The notes beneath the pieces were generated by a model. The model was given only the letters and a program-made list of their open reading frames with translations, ran no database searches and had not been told where the DNA came from. Below, in pieces: positions 48,901 through 62,990 of a stretch of DNA of 64,000 nt (within the stretch, counting starts at the first letter, position 1; every line of letters begins with the position of its first letter). Source of the DNA: Fimicolochytrium jonesii (lineage: Eukaryota); assembly GCF_025526975.1 (NCBI RefSeq), contig NW_026515671.1, positions 372,001-436,000 on the forward strand, given 5' to 3'. Both the position numbers and the translations under genes were made by a program.

Positions 48901-51900
48901 TCGCAGATTCGTCACGAAACTGAAAGAAGTGTCGCGCGCTCACGGTGCAAACACAGCCCTACTGCACAACACTGGCGCATTCAGTCAGATCTTGAAACTC
49001 GTCCTCCCTCTCGTCACCGATGCGGGCGACCTTGACGACATTATGTCCTTGCTGAAGGGAATCGCATCCTACTCCCTGACCGTCGCGGAAGTGAAACTGC
49101 TCCTCCAGTGTCTCCGCCGTCGGGATTTGGCGAATATGCCGCCAACCGGGAAAACCGCGCCCATATGGGCGAGCTCATTTGCCGGATACAAGCCGATGAC
49201 AAGCCAGATTGAGTCCGCCGCCGACCACGAAAATGCGATCAACACCGCGGAGCTGCCGTTTTGGTACGACGCTCTCCTCCGGATGGTGCTGGATATCTCG
49301 CGGGAGCAGGATGGTGATTTGGATTTTTATGCGTTTGATGGGTCGAGAGGGATGAGGATGCCTGGGGTGAAGAAGTGGCCGAGTGGGGCGACCGGGTGGA
49401 GCTTCATCGCTTGGGTCAAATTCGACGCATTTGATGACGGAGGCAGAACGGCTTCAAGCGATCCGAGCATATTCTGTTTGCAGTCTGCGTCTGCGGAACA
49501 GAGACTGGAGATCTTTGTTAAAGACGGTGCGCTGTGCGTCGCGGTGACGCGGCAAGGGAAGACGCATGTGGTCTCCACATTGGAGGCTGCTTTGACACCT
49601 GGGAACTGGCATTGTATAGTGGTTTGCCAAAGCTTCCCAAAAATGCCGTGGTCTACCCATGCAGAAGCCGCCATCTACGTTGACGGCGCAGCCATTTGGA
49701 AAGGGAAGCAGGAGTTCCCAGAAACGGGGGCTTACATCACGGCTTCTCTTGGGTGCTCTGCCGGTGACGAACAGTCAGCACGGTCTTCTACAACTGGGCG
49801 AACTTCTTTACGGGTTGAAAGAGCTCTGACCGGCCAAATGACATCCGTGTACCTGCTGGACGACGTGCTCCTGCCTCAACAGACGTCGGCCATATACCTA
49901 CTAGGCCCGGCATTTGCATCATCTTTAACCCGTCAACGATCTGGCCGAATACCAGACGAGCCCAGCCCGGTTCTCGATATGGGCAAGATCATACTGGAAT
50001 TCCACCCGTTGGCGACTAAGACGATTCCCTTGCAGGACGAGAGCGGTGCAATCGTTGCATACCCTTCTTCGCATCATGAACGGGTCAGCGACAGCGATAT
50101 CGGGGTGGACCAAGTTGGGCGACCGGCTGGTGGCGTGATCACATGTCGGACCAAGTGCTTTCAAACCGGCATCCATGCGCTGGGCGGTGTTGGGATCTTG
50201 ATCCCCATTCTGGCACAAGTCGATTTGCATGGCGGTGCGGACGTTTACACAGAAGAAGCAAACGATGACCTGAACGCTGCGGAGTTACGAAGGCGGAACA
50301 TCCGAAAACGGCGGACGTCTTCATTTTTTGACTTGATGTCCTCGGTCATGACCCGTGACGCTGTCCATCGCGACACTTTCTTTGCGATCAAAGGGCCAAA
50401 GATCGTGGCTAGCTTGCTTCAGCAGAATGACCCTGCGAATCTGGGATCTGATGTTTTTGAGGCATTGATTCGCTTTGTGGAGGTATGCGCCCAGCGTTTC
50501 TCATTCATGTGTTTTGAGCTGATTTGACAAACGCTCTCTTCACCTCTAGGCCCTGTCTTCAAATCATGAACTGGCGGCAGCTGTCGAAGAGACGCTGATC
50601 TTCGACCCGCAGCTGTGGACGCAGACATCCACTCTTGTTCAACTCGAATATCTATGCCTGATCCGAAGTCTACTTAGCACTGGTTTTGACAAGTATCGTA
50701 TGCGGTTCGGCATCCAGTTTTGGGTAGGCGTCTTGGAGCGCTGGTACGGCAATATTGATGCGAAGCTGGCGTCTTCCGATAGCGGAGACGCGCCCGTTGC
50801 GAAGCTTAGCGGAGGAGATTTGATGCAATTACGACTGGTTGTCATCGATATCCTTCGGGACTTCTTGAAGTATACCCCGACAGCCGGGGATGTGGAACAG
50901 CTTTTGCACACGTTCACAATCGACGACGAAGAACACATCTCCCAATGCCTGTCAGCAACCCTGGAGATCGTGGTCTCGCATCCGCAGAACAAGCTTCTCG
51001 ATTGTATGCTGCAACATGGGGGTGCTGAAACGATTTTCCATCTGCTAAGCGTGGCTTCATCGGAGAAGATCACTGTGCTCGCGTTGCAGATGCTTTCAGC
51101 AATGTTCATCTCGGACAGAGTTCCTGACAAATGGAAGAAAAGGCTAAAGTTGGAGGATGTGTCAAAGTTGAAGATGAGCGGAGGCGTCGCATCTGCTCCT
51201 GGCCCGTGTCTATTTTCACGCATCATGGCACATGGGGAGCTCACCATGAGCATCTACCACGGCTTGCTGCAGCTGGCGTACGAGGAGGAGATACTGGACT
51301 GGACCACCCAGGAGACCGTTCTGGTACCTATCGACATGCGCAGCGCAAAGATCCAGAACGCAGGCTTTATCCAGGCAATACTTCAGATGGCTGCGGATCG
51401 CGACGTGCCCATTCCTCTGAAATGCGAGGTCATTCATGATTTGATTGTGCTGAGCTGCCGACAAGGAAACGGCAGCAAAATGCGGAAATCGTCTCGGTGG
51501 CCTGCCAGTTTCCTGCAACTCTTGACGACAGAAGCTGCTTATGACTCTTCGGGAAAGTCGGCAGCACCGCATCCTGGAGAGGGAGTGGAACCTTCTGTGG
51601 AGGCATCTGTGGAAGCATTTAAGCTCAAGCACCTGATTTACGAGGCCCTTACTACTTTCACGTTGGATAACTTCGAAAAAGACAAGAAGTCATGGCGTTG
51701 TATTGAAGACATCGTCATCTATGCATGGCTTACGAAAAGCGAGAAGGAAGCGCATGGAATCATATGCGATTTCCTGGTTTGTCTCCTATCTGCAGTGCGA
51801 GGGGAGATTGCAGCAGGGAATTTCCGGACGCTCTCGCATGCGAAGATGGAAAACATTTCGCATGCCATCCTGTTCGTCGAGGAGTTCATGTTCTGCCACC

Positions 51901-54900
51901 AGAACATGCGCGCTGCCCTTCTGGAAGCTGTGCGAGCACAGGATCAGGAACGCTTGTCGCAGCTCCCGTGTTCTCCAGACGTCCTGGGGACCAACTCAGC
52001 TCAGGCCCAGACTTCAGAGCCTGACGCCGTCCATGCATCGTTCCCTTGGACCGAGTGCAGACCATTAGCTGAGGAATGTCTGGAAGTCTTGTCGTGCTTC
52101 CTCGACGCGGGTGTCATTTTTGTCAAATTGGAAGACAATGCAGAAAAGGTGAGGTCTATGCGGTATTAGCTCGAAACTCGCTCAGCTCTCAAGGTATACT
52201 TCAGAGCCACATCAGAAGCGGTGGATTTTTGCGCGTCGCCATCCGTATTCTGTTGAGCGGCCTTTCACTACTGGAGGAAGAGATATGGCATCTGGTACTG
52301 CGACACCTCATACCGTTGATGGACAAGCATGCAGTCACCTTTTCTGAGGGAAAGAAAGAGAAGGGCTTATATGTGCTTGGTCATGTGCACGAAGCGTTCA
52401 TAATGTGGGTCAATCACGAGTTTTTCGTCATGCCTTGATGCCACTTACTGAACCACCATCTAGTGCGCAGAATCGCTCTTCGGATATCCAGAGGGTGGAT
52501 TACCGGGTACTCCTCCCACTCTACATGCTCGTGGTCAATAGATGGCGCGAGCTCATAGGGGGCCTTACGGATAAGAGCACTGGAGGAGGAGAATCGATCA
52601 TCTCGGACATACTCCTGAACGAGGCTCTGATGGATCAAGACATCTTTCTGCATCTTGTAAGCTCTCCAGTTTGGGATGGAGTATTCGAGAGCCATTTCTT
52701 TCCCGTCATGCGGAGTGTTGAGGACGAGCAATTCGCTATGGTACCGTTTATCGCCAAAAGGTTCGGGAAGGCTACACGCACGATACTGTCAGCATGGCAG
52801 AAGGACGAAGCAAATCTCGAAGTTACGACAAAGGCGTTCTTGGCGAAGTTGCAGGAGGAGGCGTGGAAGATGAAAGAGAACGAAGTGCGGGCCAGACACG
52901 AACTGGAGAGATCCATGGAGATGGAGCGGCGATGGCGCACGCGGGAGTTGTGCTCATTATGGCGAAACTTGACCCAAGAGCGCGGAATATGGCGACCGTA
53001 CAGCGAACTGGATCCATCCGCGACTCCTACGCGACCGTGGAAACTCGATCGAGCGGAAAACAGCCTGCGCATGCGACGTCGACTAGCTGTAAACTGGGAG
53101 TTTGATGACCACGACAGTGCTGCGGCGAAGAGGGATAAGACATATAAGATCCAGTCTTCGAGAGCAGGAAGTCCCAAGATGGTCAGAAGCAACACCAATT
53201 CAAGCTTATCAGGGACTCTGAAGCGCTCCGGTAGTGTACCAATGGCTGGCCCAGGCGATGGTGGAGATCTTCTCAGTCAGATGAATCTGACTGACTCCGC
53301 TGCATTCATTTTGGACGACGAGCTCGACATGGCGGAGGAGGAATGGAATGTGCTCAACGAAGACGACTTGCAGGGCATGTCTTCAACAATCGGCCTTGAC
53401 GGACTGGGGCTTGAAGGAGGGCAGCGGCTTATATTCTCGACAGAATGTGATATGATTCTGTTGATGACGCCCGTCAAAGGCCGATTGGAGCTGACCGCTA
53501 CACACTTGATATTCACGGCCGACATCAAATCAACCACAGCAGACTTATGCGAAGCTGAGCGCGAAGCCGTTATCACGCTGATGACGGATAACCGTGCGTG
53601 GCTGAAAGAGCGTGCATGGCCGTTGGAAGACCTGACCGACTGCTATCTGCGAAGGTACATGTTGCGCCGAAGCGCATTGGAGCTATTTTTTGTCGACAAG
53701 ACGAATCATTTGTTCAATTTCCGCGGTACGGGGAAGGCAGCCAGCAAAGAGCGGCAGAAGTTTCTCAAATGCCTCGTCAATTGCAAACCCGGTCGCTTGA
53801 AGACCGTTGATCTCAAAAGTACGCCTCAGGACATTGCGAAACGGAGCAACATGACTGATCGCTGGATTAAGCGAGAGATCAGCAATTTCGAGTACCTCAT
53901 GTGGCTTAACACTGTCAGCGGGCGAACGTATAACGACCTCACTCAGTATCCGGTCTTCCCTTGGGTGCTCCGTGACTTTTCCAGCGATTCTTTGGACCTT
54001 GGTGACCCGTCAGTCTACCGCGATTTATCGAAGCCCATCGGCGCTATCGACGACAACCGGTTACAGCAGTTCCTGGAGCGCTATCACTCCTTCGAGGATC
54101 CCACGGGCCGCATAAAAAAATTCCACTATGGGACCCACTATTCATCTGCGGCGTCGGTTTTGTATTACTTGCTCAGACTGGAACCTTTGACAAGTCTGCA
54201 CATAAGCCTACAAAGTGGGAAGTTTGACCATCCCGACAGGCAGTTTCATTCTATGCAGAGCTGCTGGAAGTCGGTATCCACTGGAGCTGGCGACGTGAAG
54301 GAGCTTATACCGGAATTCTTCTATATGCCCGAATTCCTATTGAACGAGGTATTATTTTCATGGCATTGGGGCGGTTGTCTATTCAATCCCTTATGGACAT
54401 CACCTTCCTGCAGAATGACTTTGACCTCGGCGTGAAACAAACGGGCGAAGTCTTGGGAGACGTCATTCTTCCGCCGTGGGCAAAAACGGTGGACGATTTC
54501 ATTCGTATACATCGGGAAGCACTGGAAAGTGACTACGTCTCCAGCCACCTGAATGAATGGATTGATCTGATTTGGGGATACAAGCAAACCGGGGACGAGG
54601 CCATCAAGGCGAACAATGTCTTCTACTATCTCACCTACGAGGGAGCCATCAACATCGACGCGATAGAGGATCCGGTAGAACGACGGTCGATCGAGGATCA
54701 GATCAATAATTTCGGGCAAACCCCTTCCCAGTTGTTCAAGAAGCCTCATCCTAGGCGATCGCCTGCCGTAAAGGCTAACAACTCACACCTTTTCACGAAT
54801 CCACAAGACTACCGCAGCTACATTATTGAGACTCCGCGAGGTCCGGAAATACAGTTCATTGCTGCATGCGGGGATGGGCGAGGGGATGGCTCTGCAGGAG

Positions 54901-56333
54901 GTGCGGACAAATCCAGGTCTTCCGCCGCAGGAGGTGCTGCAAGTGAAGGAAGGATCATTACGGTGGATAAAAGTCTACACTTTCGCAGCCATAAGTGGAG
55001 GAGCCCGTTAGATGGATCTTTGAGCTGCGACATGGACAGGTCTCCCCTGATCACCAGGTATGTCAATGCACTGTCTTCGGAAATGAGAAACTCTTTACTC
55101 AAGGCTGCATATAGGGAGCTCCCGCTAGACCCTGCATCTTCTTTGCAACTGCACTCAAACCTCTTCGCTGTAACCAAGGACGGCCGACACTTGTTCGCTG
55201 GCGGCAGCTGGGATTGCTCTTTCAAGGTGATCCAGTTAGAGAACCCGCAAGGTCCTTCGACAACGGCTCGCACCGTGGAGACGATATATGGACACCGGGA
55301 TATCGTCACGTGCATTGCAATCTCAGCTGACGAGAATATTGTCGCCACGGGATCACGAGATACCACTGTCCTGACGTGGGAGTTGGAAAGCACGGCTCAA
55401 GCTGTCGGCGTCAAGAAACTTCGTCCAAAGGTCTTCTGCGGTCATGATGAATGGGTATGTACATCGGCGTTCCAGAACCTCGACAGAGCCGCCGATTGAC
55501 CGTTGCTGTTGCAGGTGACCGATGTAGCTCTTGACACGGAACACGGCATTGTCGCTAGCGGTTCGACGGTATGCTGCGCGTCGAATCTGTTCGCCAATGT
55601 ATAGTCTCGCGCTAACCGTATTCCGTATCGCAGGATGGAACCGTCATTCTTCACACTCTGTACGATGCTGGATACTTGCGGTCCTTACGGCCATGCCCTG
55701 AGAAGCCTGAAGAGGTGTTGTCCATACGGCGCGTGCTGATAACGCAAAACGCGTGCATCGTTGTGTATTCCGAGGTCACCCCTCGAGAGAATACGGTAAC
55801 CGTAGCTCCTCAGACCGGAGCTAAGGAACTGTACCCAGATACTCCTCCATCCGGAAGCGAAAGCACACACATGTCACCTACGCAACGCAGAACAAGCATG
55901 GTTCCGGCATTGGGCGGGGTGTGCTATCTGCATGTTTTTTCCGTCAATGGCCGTTTGATGCAGTCTCGGATGTTCCCAACACGCTCAAAAGACGTGAAAT
56001 GCTCCTCGGACGGAGAGCATTTGGTGATTGCGGACGATCGTGGCGGAATCTCGTTGCTCAGTCTTCACAGGTTAGTTATGTTTGTGCACTTTCTGTGCTC
56101 ACTGCAATTTATGCGGGGGGTTTGCCACTCTCCAACCAGTTGCTCATCCGACCTGAATTGCTTCACATCCCAGCCTCCAGGTACTTCATCGCTTCGATGT
56201 CTCCATCACCATCACAGGCGCATGGATATCCCACGATCAGCGTCATTTCTTCTTCGGTCGCAAGGATGGGCGGCTTCTACTTCTCGAACACGACAAGAGA
56301 GTCGCGCGCTCGGATTCTTTCTCATCACGCTAG
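45920..56333 (+). CDS. Large BEACH-domain protein (neurobeachin/NBEAL-like: ConA-like, PH-BEACH, WD40)
   Basis: GWSFIAWV...WHCIVV, IHALGGVGILIP, WKLDRAENSLRMRRRL, RRYMLRRSALELFF, ISNFEYLMWLNTVSGRTYNDLTQYPVFPW, FHYGTHYSSA, DVKELIPEFFY, NNFGQTPSQLF, GHRDIVTC; about 8 introns. Confidence 0.93.
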
Positions 56334-57517
56334 CTTGTCGTTAGCTGGTCGACGGGTGCCAAGCAGAGGATCTATAGACAGCCACAAGGAATCAGAGCAG
56401 GTCTCTCCTTGAATTTGTATATAAACAATTGTATTTTTGGGGCTGTACGATAATAACAACCGGATGAAAGCAAAAAGCGCCTCGTCCTCAAGATGAACTT
56501 CGTCTATGCTGTCGGTCGATTAATCTGGAAAAACGCGTCAATCTCGTGAAGGGATTTAGTCTCTGCCCGTTGAATTGAACCGAGCCTCAGGATCTTATGG
56601 GTTCATCTGGCCTGTACTCCGCAAAATCTTCATGCTTATCGAACCCGTAGAGACGCCTTTCCGGTCTCTCGACGGTGATCCGCGATCCCTAAGAAATGGG
56701 GGGCGGCGTCGCTGTGTTGGCCGTGTTGGCGGTGTTGGGTTTGCCTAATTGTGGGAACGCGCTGGGCTCTCGTGTCGCCGCCCGTACTGTATTCCTCCCA
56801 TTCCTCCTTCAGGCGTTCAGGCGAGTTCCTCTGAACCGTCGCTCTCTTCGTCGTTTTCTCCCACAGGCTACCCCATGAATCCACCCTTCCCCTCGGAAAT
56901 GAGCCTTTGGCACGTACGTCCAACACTATTCTCTCCGTTTCACCTCCCTTCCTTTCCCACGTCTAACTCTGTCCACACTCAATCCACACCAGCGTCTGCG
57001 TTTCGCGACTTTTTCGTTGAGGAGGTTCATCTACAATCGAAGCGTTAGCTTAATCCGTGAAGAGCGAAGTACATGTGCACACCAGCGGTATCGAACACCA
57101 GTTGAGCAGGGCAAAGACTCGACTCCGTCGAATCTTGCGCTGGAATCATATGAGCGAAATTCAATCTGTCTTCTTTGGCTCCTCAGCTCGGTTCCTTCAT
57201 CGTAACGAACTATCGAGTGACACTCGATCAACCTCCCGTAGCGAGCCCGCTTGTGCTGAAGGTAATCCCTGGTGCTAATGATAGTTGCCCTTCCGCGCCC
57301 TCCTTGTTTATAAGAGCCCTTGCGTTGTTATGCTGCGTCGGCAACGAACATCTTGCGGCGATGGTCGTCATCCGGACAACAGACGTTACCTTCAAAGTAG
57401 CAAGACGGCCTCGAGGCGGACTGCTTTGGATATTCCCAGGAGTCTTGGAGGAGATTGGCCCTTTAAAACTGCCGAGAGAGCCCAAGCTGTCGTCGTCGTC
57501 GTCCGGTTTTCGGTGCA

Positions 57518-58823
57518 ATGTCCGATATACATATAATCCCGTCGCAGCACCAAACACACCCTTTCTGTCTCCCCCATCGGCTCACGGGAAAGAAAATGCG
57601 GATTGACTCAGACCCGCGACTCAATGCGCTGCGCCTCAAGATGCTCGCCCGAGCCGCTCGTGCTGGGAATTGGATGCAAGCAATCCGAGCTCCAAACGGG
57701 CCAGCAGTGTGCTATGGCAAAAGGAAAGGCTACGAGTCATGTCTCCCCTTGGGCAACACTTTCGGAGACGCGATTTGACATATGGATTTGTGGATGTCGT
57801 TTTATGGACTTTTCGAGTGGACTTGGACGATACGGTCCGCGAATAACACTATGCATCGAGTCGTTTTGTTCATGGAAGAGCATGCATTGCTGGAAGAGGC
57901 TGACATCATGTTCGATTCATGCACATTATTTAATGCTGCTCTGCATTGTATCGTCAAATTGAGCGATCCCAGAATTCCGCATTGAAGCCCTATGCTCGAA
58001 CATGAACTTCAACATGGTGCAATGCGGATGCCTTGGGGCGTAAGATACATCATTGGAAAAGCAAAGGACGGCGCATCTACGCCAATGCCAGGTGGCTGCA
58101 AGGGTACTTGTGGCTGCTTCATCGGGCAGGCATGATATACGGGCAGTCTTCCGACTTACACCCGAATCTGGGCTGGGCTAAGACCAGATTTCAGGAGCGC
58201 AACGTAATGAATGATACAGTGGATCTCCGCCCTTGTACGACCTCGACTTGGCAAACATCGAACGAATTGGACGCGCGAATGAGCACGTTTTTCGATCCGG
58301 GTCTGCCATGGCAGGTGTAGACCGCTGGAAAAACCGACACCGTGACTATTCGGGAATGACGGGAGACTGGAGTGCAGTAGATCTCGGAGTCTGTACGTGC
58401 CGTGCACTGTTACGACAAATGCCAATGAGAGGCCAATGGGGGAAGAATCTGAAGCGGACTTGAATAACAAAAAGTCCAAGGCCAATGCCAAGGCCAATGT
58501 GCATATGGATGACAAGAGCGCGTTTAAAGGACACGATGTACAGTACGACCACCCCCAACGATGGAATAAATCAGTATTCATTTTCAAAGCGATGTGGTAC
58601 ATCCCTATTGATTTCAATGCGATCATATACCGATGAGGATCCCGTCGCAAAAAGGGAAGCCTATCTGAATTTGGGGTATGAAGGATGTTCACCACGGTGT
58701 AAAGATTCCCTCTTCAGCCCCCCGGCGCACGAGGAGGAGTTGACGTGGGTTGATGTGGATGTTGGGGTATACTATTTTATGGCATGGAGACGCCCGACGC
58801 GGAAGGATTGTAGGAATACCTAA
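57518..58823 (+). pseudogene. Possible decayed coding sequence of unknown origin
   Basis: Protein-like segments chained through in-frame stops (57776, 57983) and frame switches; no family recognised. Confidence 0.25.
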
Positions 58824-60927
58824 CCCCATTCGGCGGATCATCTTGTGCTCCCGGTCGATGGTAAAAAGGCGGATTGCTGTACATGGGCGGCAGCGGTGGT
58901 GGGGGAGGTAGATATTGTGAAAAGGTCCGGTTATCCGTTTCTGGAGCATGCTGGGATCCCGATCCGGAGGACTGCGACGCTGAAGCGTAAGACGGACCAT
59001 TCCAGCCATAGGGGCCTGACGATTGACTGTAACTGCCGGATGGAGCGTGATGCGAAGGAGGTTGACCCGAAAACCGATCGTACGAGTGACTACTGGGCTT
59101 GCCAGGTGGCGGGTAGCTAGGGCCTGGACGATGAGACCAGCTTCCGTACGAATCGTAACTCGTTATCGATGGACGAGTCACCGGTTGCGGATCATACATT
59201 TGGCTTGACGAGCCCACATTTGGTGCGCGTGGACCTGAAGGAAACCCTCCGGATGACCTTGACGACGACCGATCTGTCGGGGGATCATACCGCGCCGTAT
59301 CTTCGGTCGGATACCAGGGATACCGTGGTGGCTGTGGCAGCCCTGGCGTGTGCTGATTCGACCCTCCTTGAGCGTAGAGCCCATGAGCCGACGGGACCGA
59401 TGGGAGAGGCGTATGGAATACGTAGGGCTGGGCATGCGTATTCTGGGGAGGCGGTGCCACACGCCACTGCGAAATCGGTTCCTGGTTCCATTGGCCATGG
59501 ATGAATGGCTGGAGGGTGTATCCTTTTCGGGCAAAGGAATGAATTATTGATGAACATGCGGAAAGCTCTACCGCAGTGGGTGCTTCTGCGGGTCGATTCG
59601 CGGTTACAGAGAGGAAGGGAACTTCAGAAGACGGGAGATTGATCCTTACCTTTCGGATCGGTCCCAGATGTGTTGAATGACGGAAGATTGGACCGCATAT
59701 GAGGATAGGGCATTCGGCTATCACCAAGGTCTGGATTCGGCGGTGGATTCCGGCTGGACTCTCCTCCCGCCGACGGCCTGTTGTTCACTCCATTTGGCGG
59801 AGGCAATGCCGAAGTGCCTGTGCCTGAAGATCCATCCTCTGCCGCTTTTCGTGATGCAGAATTAGCTGCCGCATCATCTGAATCATGACCATCCGCGGTA
59901 GCCTCCATCTCCAGTTCGCTTAACGCGCCGACTTCGCCTTCGAACTCAACGTGTTCGTCGCGAGAAGGAAAACTGCCAGTGACCTCGCCTTTCTGCAACA
60001 ACTCTTCCCACACAGTATTGATGATGGTGCTAGTGACGGACTCATGATCTCCATTGACTTTCTCCAGCACTGTTCTCCAGAGGGTCTGGATGTCCGTTCG
60101 ATTCTTTGCGACACGCTTCAACGAGCGGCAAAGTCGTTCGCGCGACGGCTGTTCCGGGAAGTCTTGCAATTGCTATGGACAGGAGAACAATGATCAGTAG
60201 AGATAAAGCGATACGGCCAGTGATGCGCTGACATCAAGGATTTTGCGAGTACCTTCAGAATGATCGCACAATCCAGAAACCGGTAGACTTGAGCTCGTGA
60301 GATCTTCCAAGCATCCCTGAAGTACGTTTCCAAGCTCGACGCCTTGCTCTTGTAAAGCTTATGGGTCACAATGGAATGCACAGCCGTGACAGTTCGCTTG
60401 AACCTCTTCTGCTTTTGGCGATTATTGTCCTTATTGAGGTGATGAAGGACTTTCAGATCAATTCGTTGCTCCTCGCGTTTCAGCTGGCTAGACATGGTTC
60501 CTTCAGCCGGTTCTTCGGGTGCTGCCTCAGCAGCTAGACTTGGCTGCTGCTGCAAGCTGCTTCCCGTCCGTGAGTTTGCCGGCTCATGCGAAGTATCCGA
60601 TAGGGTCCGCAAACTTGAATGATTGGAGAGTTGCAAGGGCGGTGGTTGGATAAGTAACAGGTCGACCGATGGCCGCGATCCGACACGAGGCTGCTGCTGT
60701 GGATGATAATCAATCGTAGACAGCGGCAGCTGATAGCTATTGCTGAGATACGGGTGCGGCGTCAAATTCGAGTGTACACCATCCAGCCGTTTATTCATAC
60801 TCGGTAGGGTTGGTAAGGGCAACGAACCGCGCTGACCATTCACTGAAAAAGATATATCACTTTGACTGTTCTGGTCCGTAGGCGACACCGCAGACAGCGT
60901 TCCGGTCGGGTCGAAACCTGGCCCCAT
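58777..60927 (-). CDS. Uncharacterised putative transcription factor with a compact HTH-like domain flanked by low-complexity regions
   Basis: Exons ~60927-60253, 60172-59650, 59585-58777. Core: FKRTVTAVHSIVTHKLYKSKASSLETYFRDAWKISRAQVYRFLDCAIILK|QLQDFPEQPSRERLCRSLK...IQTLWRTVLEKVNG...VTSTIINTVW; P/S/Q/Y-rich flanks. Start uncertain. Confidence 0.75.
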
Positions 60928-62990
60928 TGCTGACGCGGTCAGTCAACGTTTCCGGGCTAGGTAGGTACTGTTGAAGGCACCGGGTAGCCGAGTATCTGGG
61001 AAACGTCTCGGCGAGTGCTACGGCCTCGAAGATTTCCCACTGATCGCTGAAGGGTGCCAAAGGATCCCGAACGTGTAGCTCACTAACTAGTATCCGCACT
61101 GCCTAGTCGCACCCTGGTGGTTCGCTCAGTAGGTTGTTTTCCCTGCTCGCAAGGGCACTGCAGCGCTGAAGTGAATAAGGTGCTAGCCCGCAAGGGCTTG
61201 AACGAGTAATGACCGATTTGTCACAACTGTGGTGAAGCGGGAAGGATGGGAGGTGAGATAAATGCACAGGACGCTCTGAAAGCAACAGGGGCCCACAACT
61301 ACGTCGGCCCCGGTTTGCCACAGGCGATTTTGCATTCTGCGACCAACGTAATTCCCACCACCATTGCAGGTGCCGTGCGGTAGGGAGAACTGGTTTTCAC
61401 AGGCTTTCATTAATACTCACGGTTTGCTGGCCTCCTCCTTCGTAGCTTGGGGTTAAGCCTACGGAAGCAACTGTGTCTTTGTGATAGCACGCCGGAATCC
61501 GTGTTCAGTTAAGTAGCTGGTGGTCCAGGCGTCGTTCCAGCCTCTTCGAGAAGTCTTTATTTCGCGCTTTTTCAACGATGTCTTTTTGGCCTCAAAATGG
61601 ATACCGTATGGCAACATCGACACCTGAAGGTCTCGACACCTGAACGTCACAATCCGCTCACATTCAAGTACGATGCGGCGGGCGATAGACGGCGGCGTCT
61701 GCGTTTACGGTCTTCGCAGTTGTTCAGATTCAAGTCGTCGACTCGTCGGCAGAAGAAATTTCCTACCTTGGCATGGCACTTTCCGAGCTTGAATCATCTC
61801 AATGCGCGAGCAGAATTCAAAAGGAACTCTGACTCCCGGATTGGGAGACAGCGTGACACGAGTCCAGGGCTTTGGCTCATTGTCCCGGTCGCGGCGATCG
61901 GCGAATTCTTTCACAGGGCAAGATTCTGGAACGGCCTCTGATCCTCTGCCTGCTTGAAATGTTCTCGTTTCCATTTCCACTCAGGACAACCCTCGCATTT
62001 GCATATCCGGGAGATGGGTGAGATGGCTTGCACATTGCAAAAAAATGACGTTGCGGCATGTCATAAGTATTCCGTGGGCAGCTCTAAAGGCAGCCTGAGC
62101 TAGTGGCCAGCTCCAAAATCCAGATATGTGTTTGAACTTGTCACCGGAGAGCACCATATTATACCCAGACAGTGTGGGAGATAGATATCGTTAACTTTAA
62201 GGGAGGAATTCGCCATATAAGCCCTGTAAGTGGGAACCATCGCCGATATCACGATCTCGATGAGCATGAAAAGAAAGCATTCTATGTACCCATCACGTGC
62301 GCCAATGTGCAATTTACCGTGGGTGGGGTTTAAATGCTCCCAACACCGTGGTTTATTCCTTGGGTTATTCCATGTCATACAGTACATACTGTACATTTCC
62401 TACATTCACCTACGTCCGAGTGCCCATTTCTGGTTTATTGCCGGTTTCGGACACGGCGAAGCTCAAGCAAGCACTTGCCATTAGAACTAGCTTGCCATTG
62501 TTGTGTCGCTTTCATTTGCTTCACCAGGTCTCCGATCGTCCTCACCCGAACCGTCAAAGGGCAAGCGACAGTGCACCGTAGACCAATTGTGCGAGGAGCA
62601 CCTCTCCATGAAGCAGTCAGCCATCATGTCCCCTAGATAGCATTCTCCTCCGCATCGATAAGCCGACGATATGGAGCACCTTTCACACAATGCCGGCGTT
62701 GTTGAAGCCACGCCGTTGGATAGCATGTACTAGTAAGTGATGTACGGTACTTGGGTATGAATGAAATACGGATTTCCTGAGCGGAACGACATTTGCCTTT
62801 ACCTGCTAATTCCCTCAGAGCTATAGATATGGAGGTTTTGACAGGCAGCTGTCGAATCTACCTGTGCACGTGAAGCTAATTCAATTTGAGTGGCGCAGCG
62901 CAACACACGAATCGTTCCCCACTTTGAGCGAGAGATCACCATTTTGCGAATCCCAACAGAGGCCGGACGACATTCCATTGCACAGCCGCC

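Noticed and set aside
59518..59527. GTATCCTTTT as a U12 5' splice site
   Set aside because: Lies antisense within an exon of the minus-strand gene; no matching plus-strand gene model.
61000..62950. ORF fragments between the HTH-like gene and U2A'
   Set aside because: Could be decayed coding DNA, but nothing is identifiable; unsupported.
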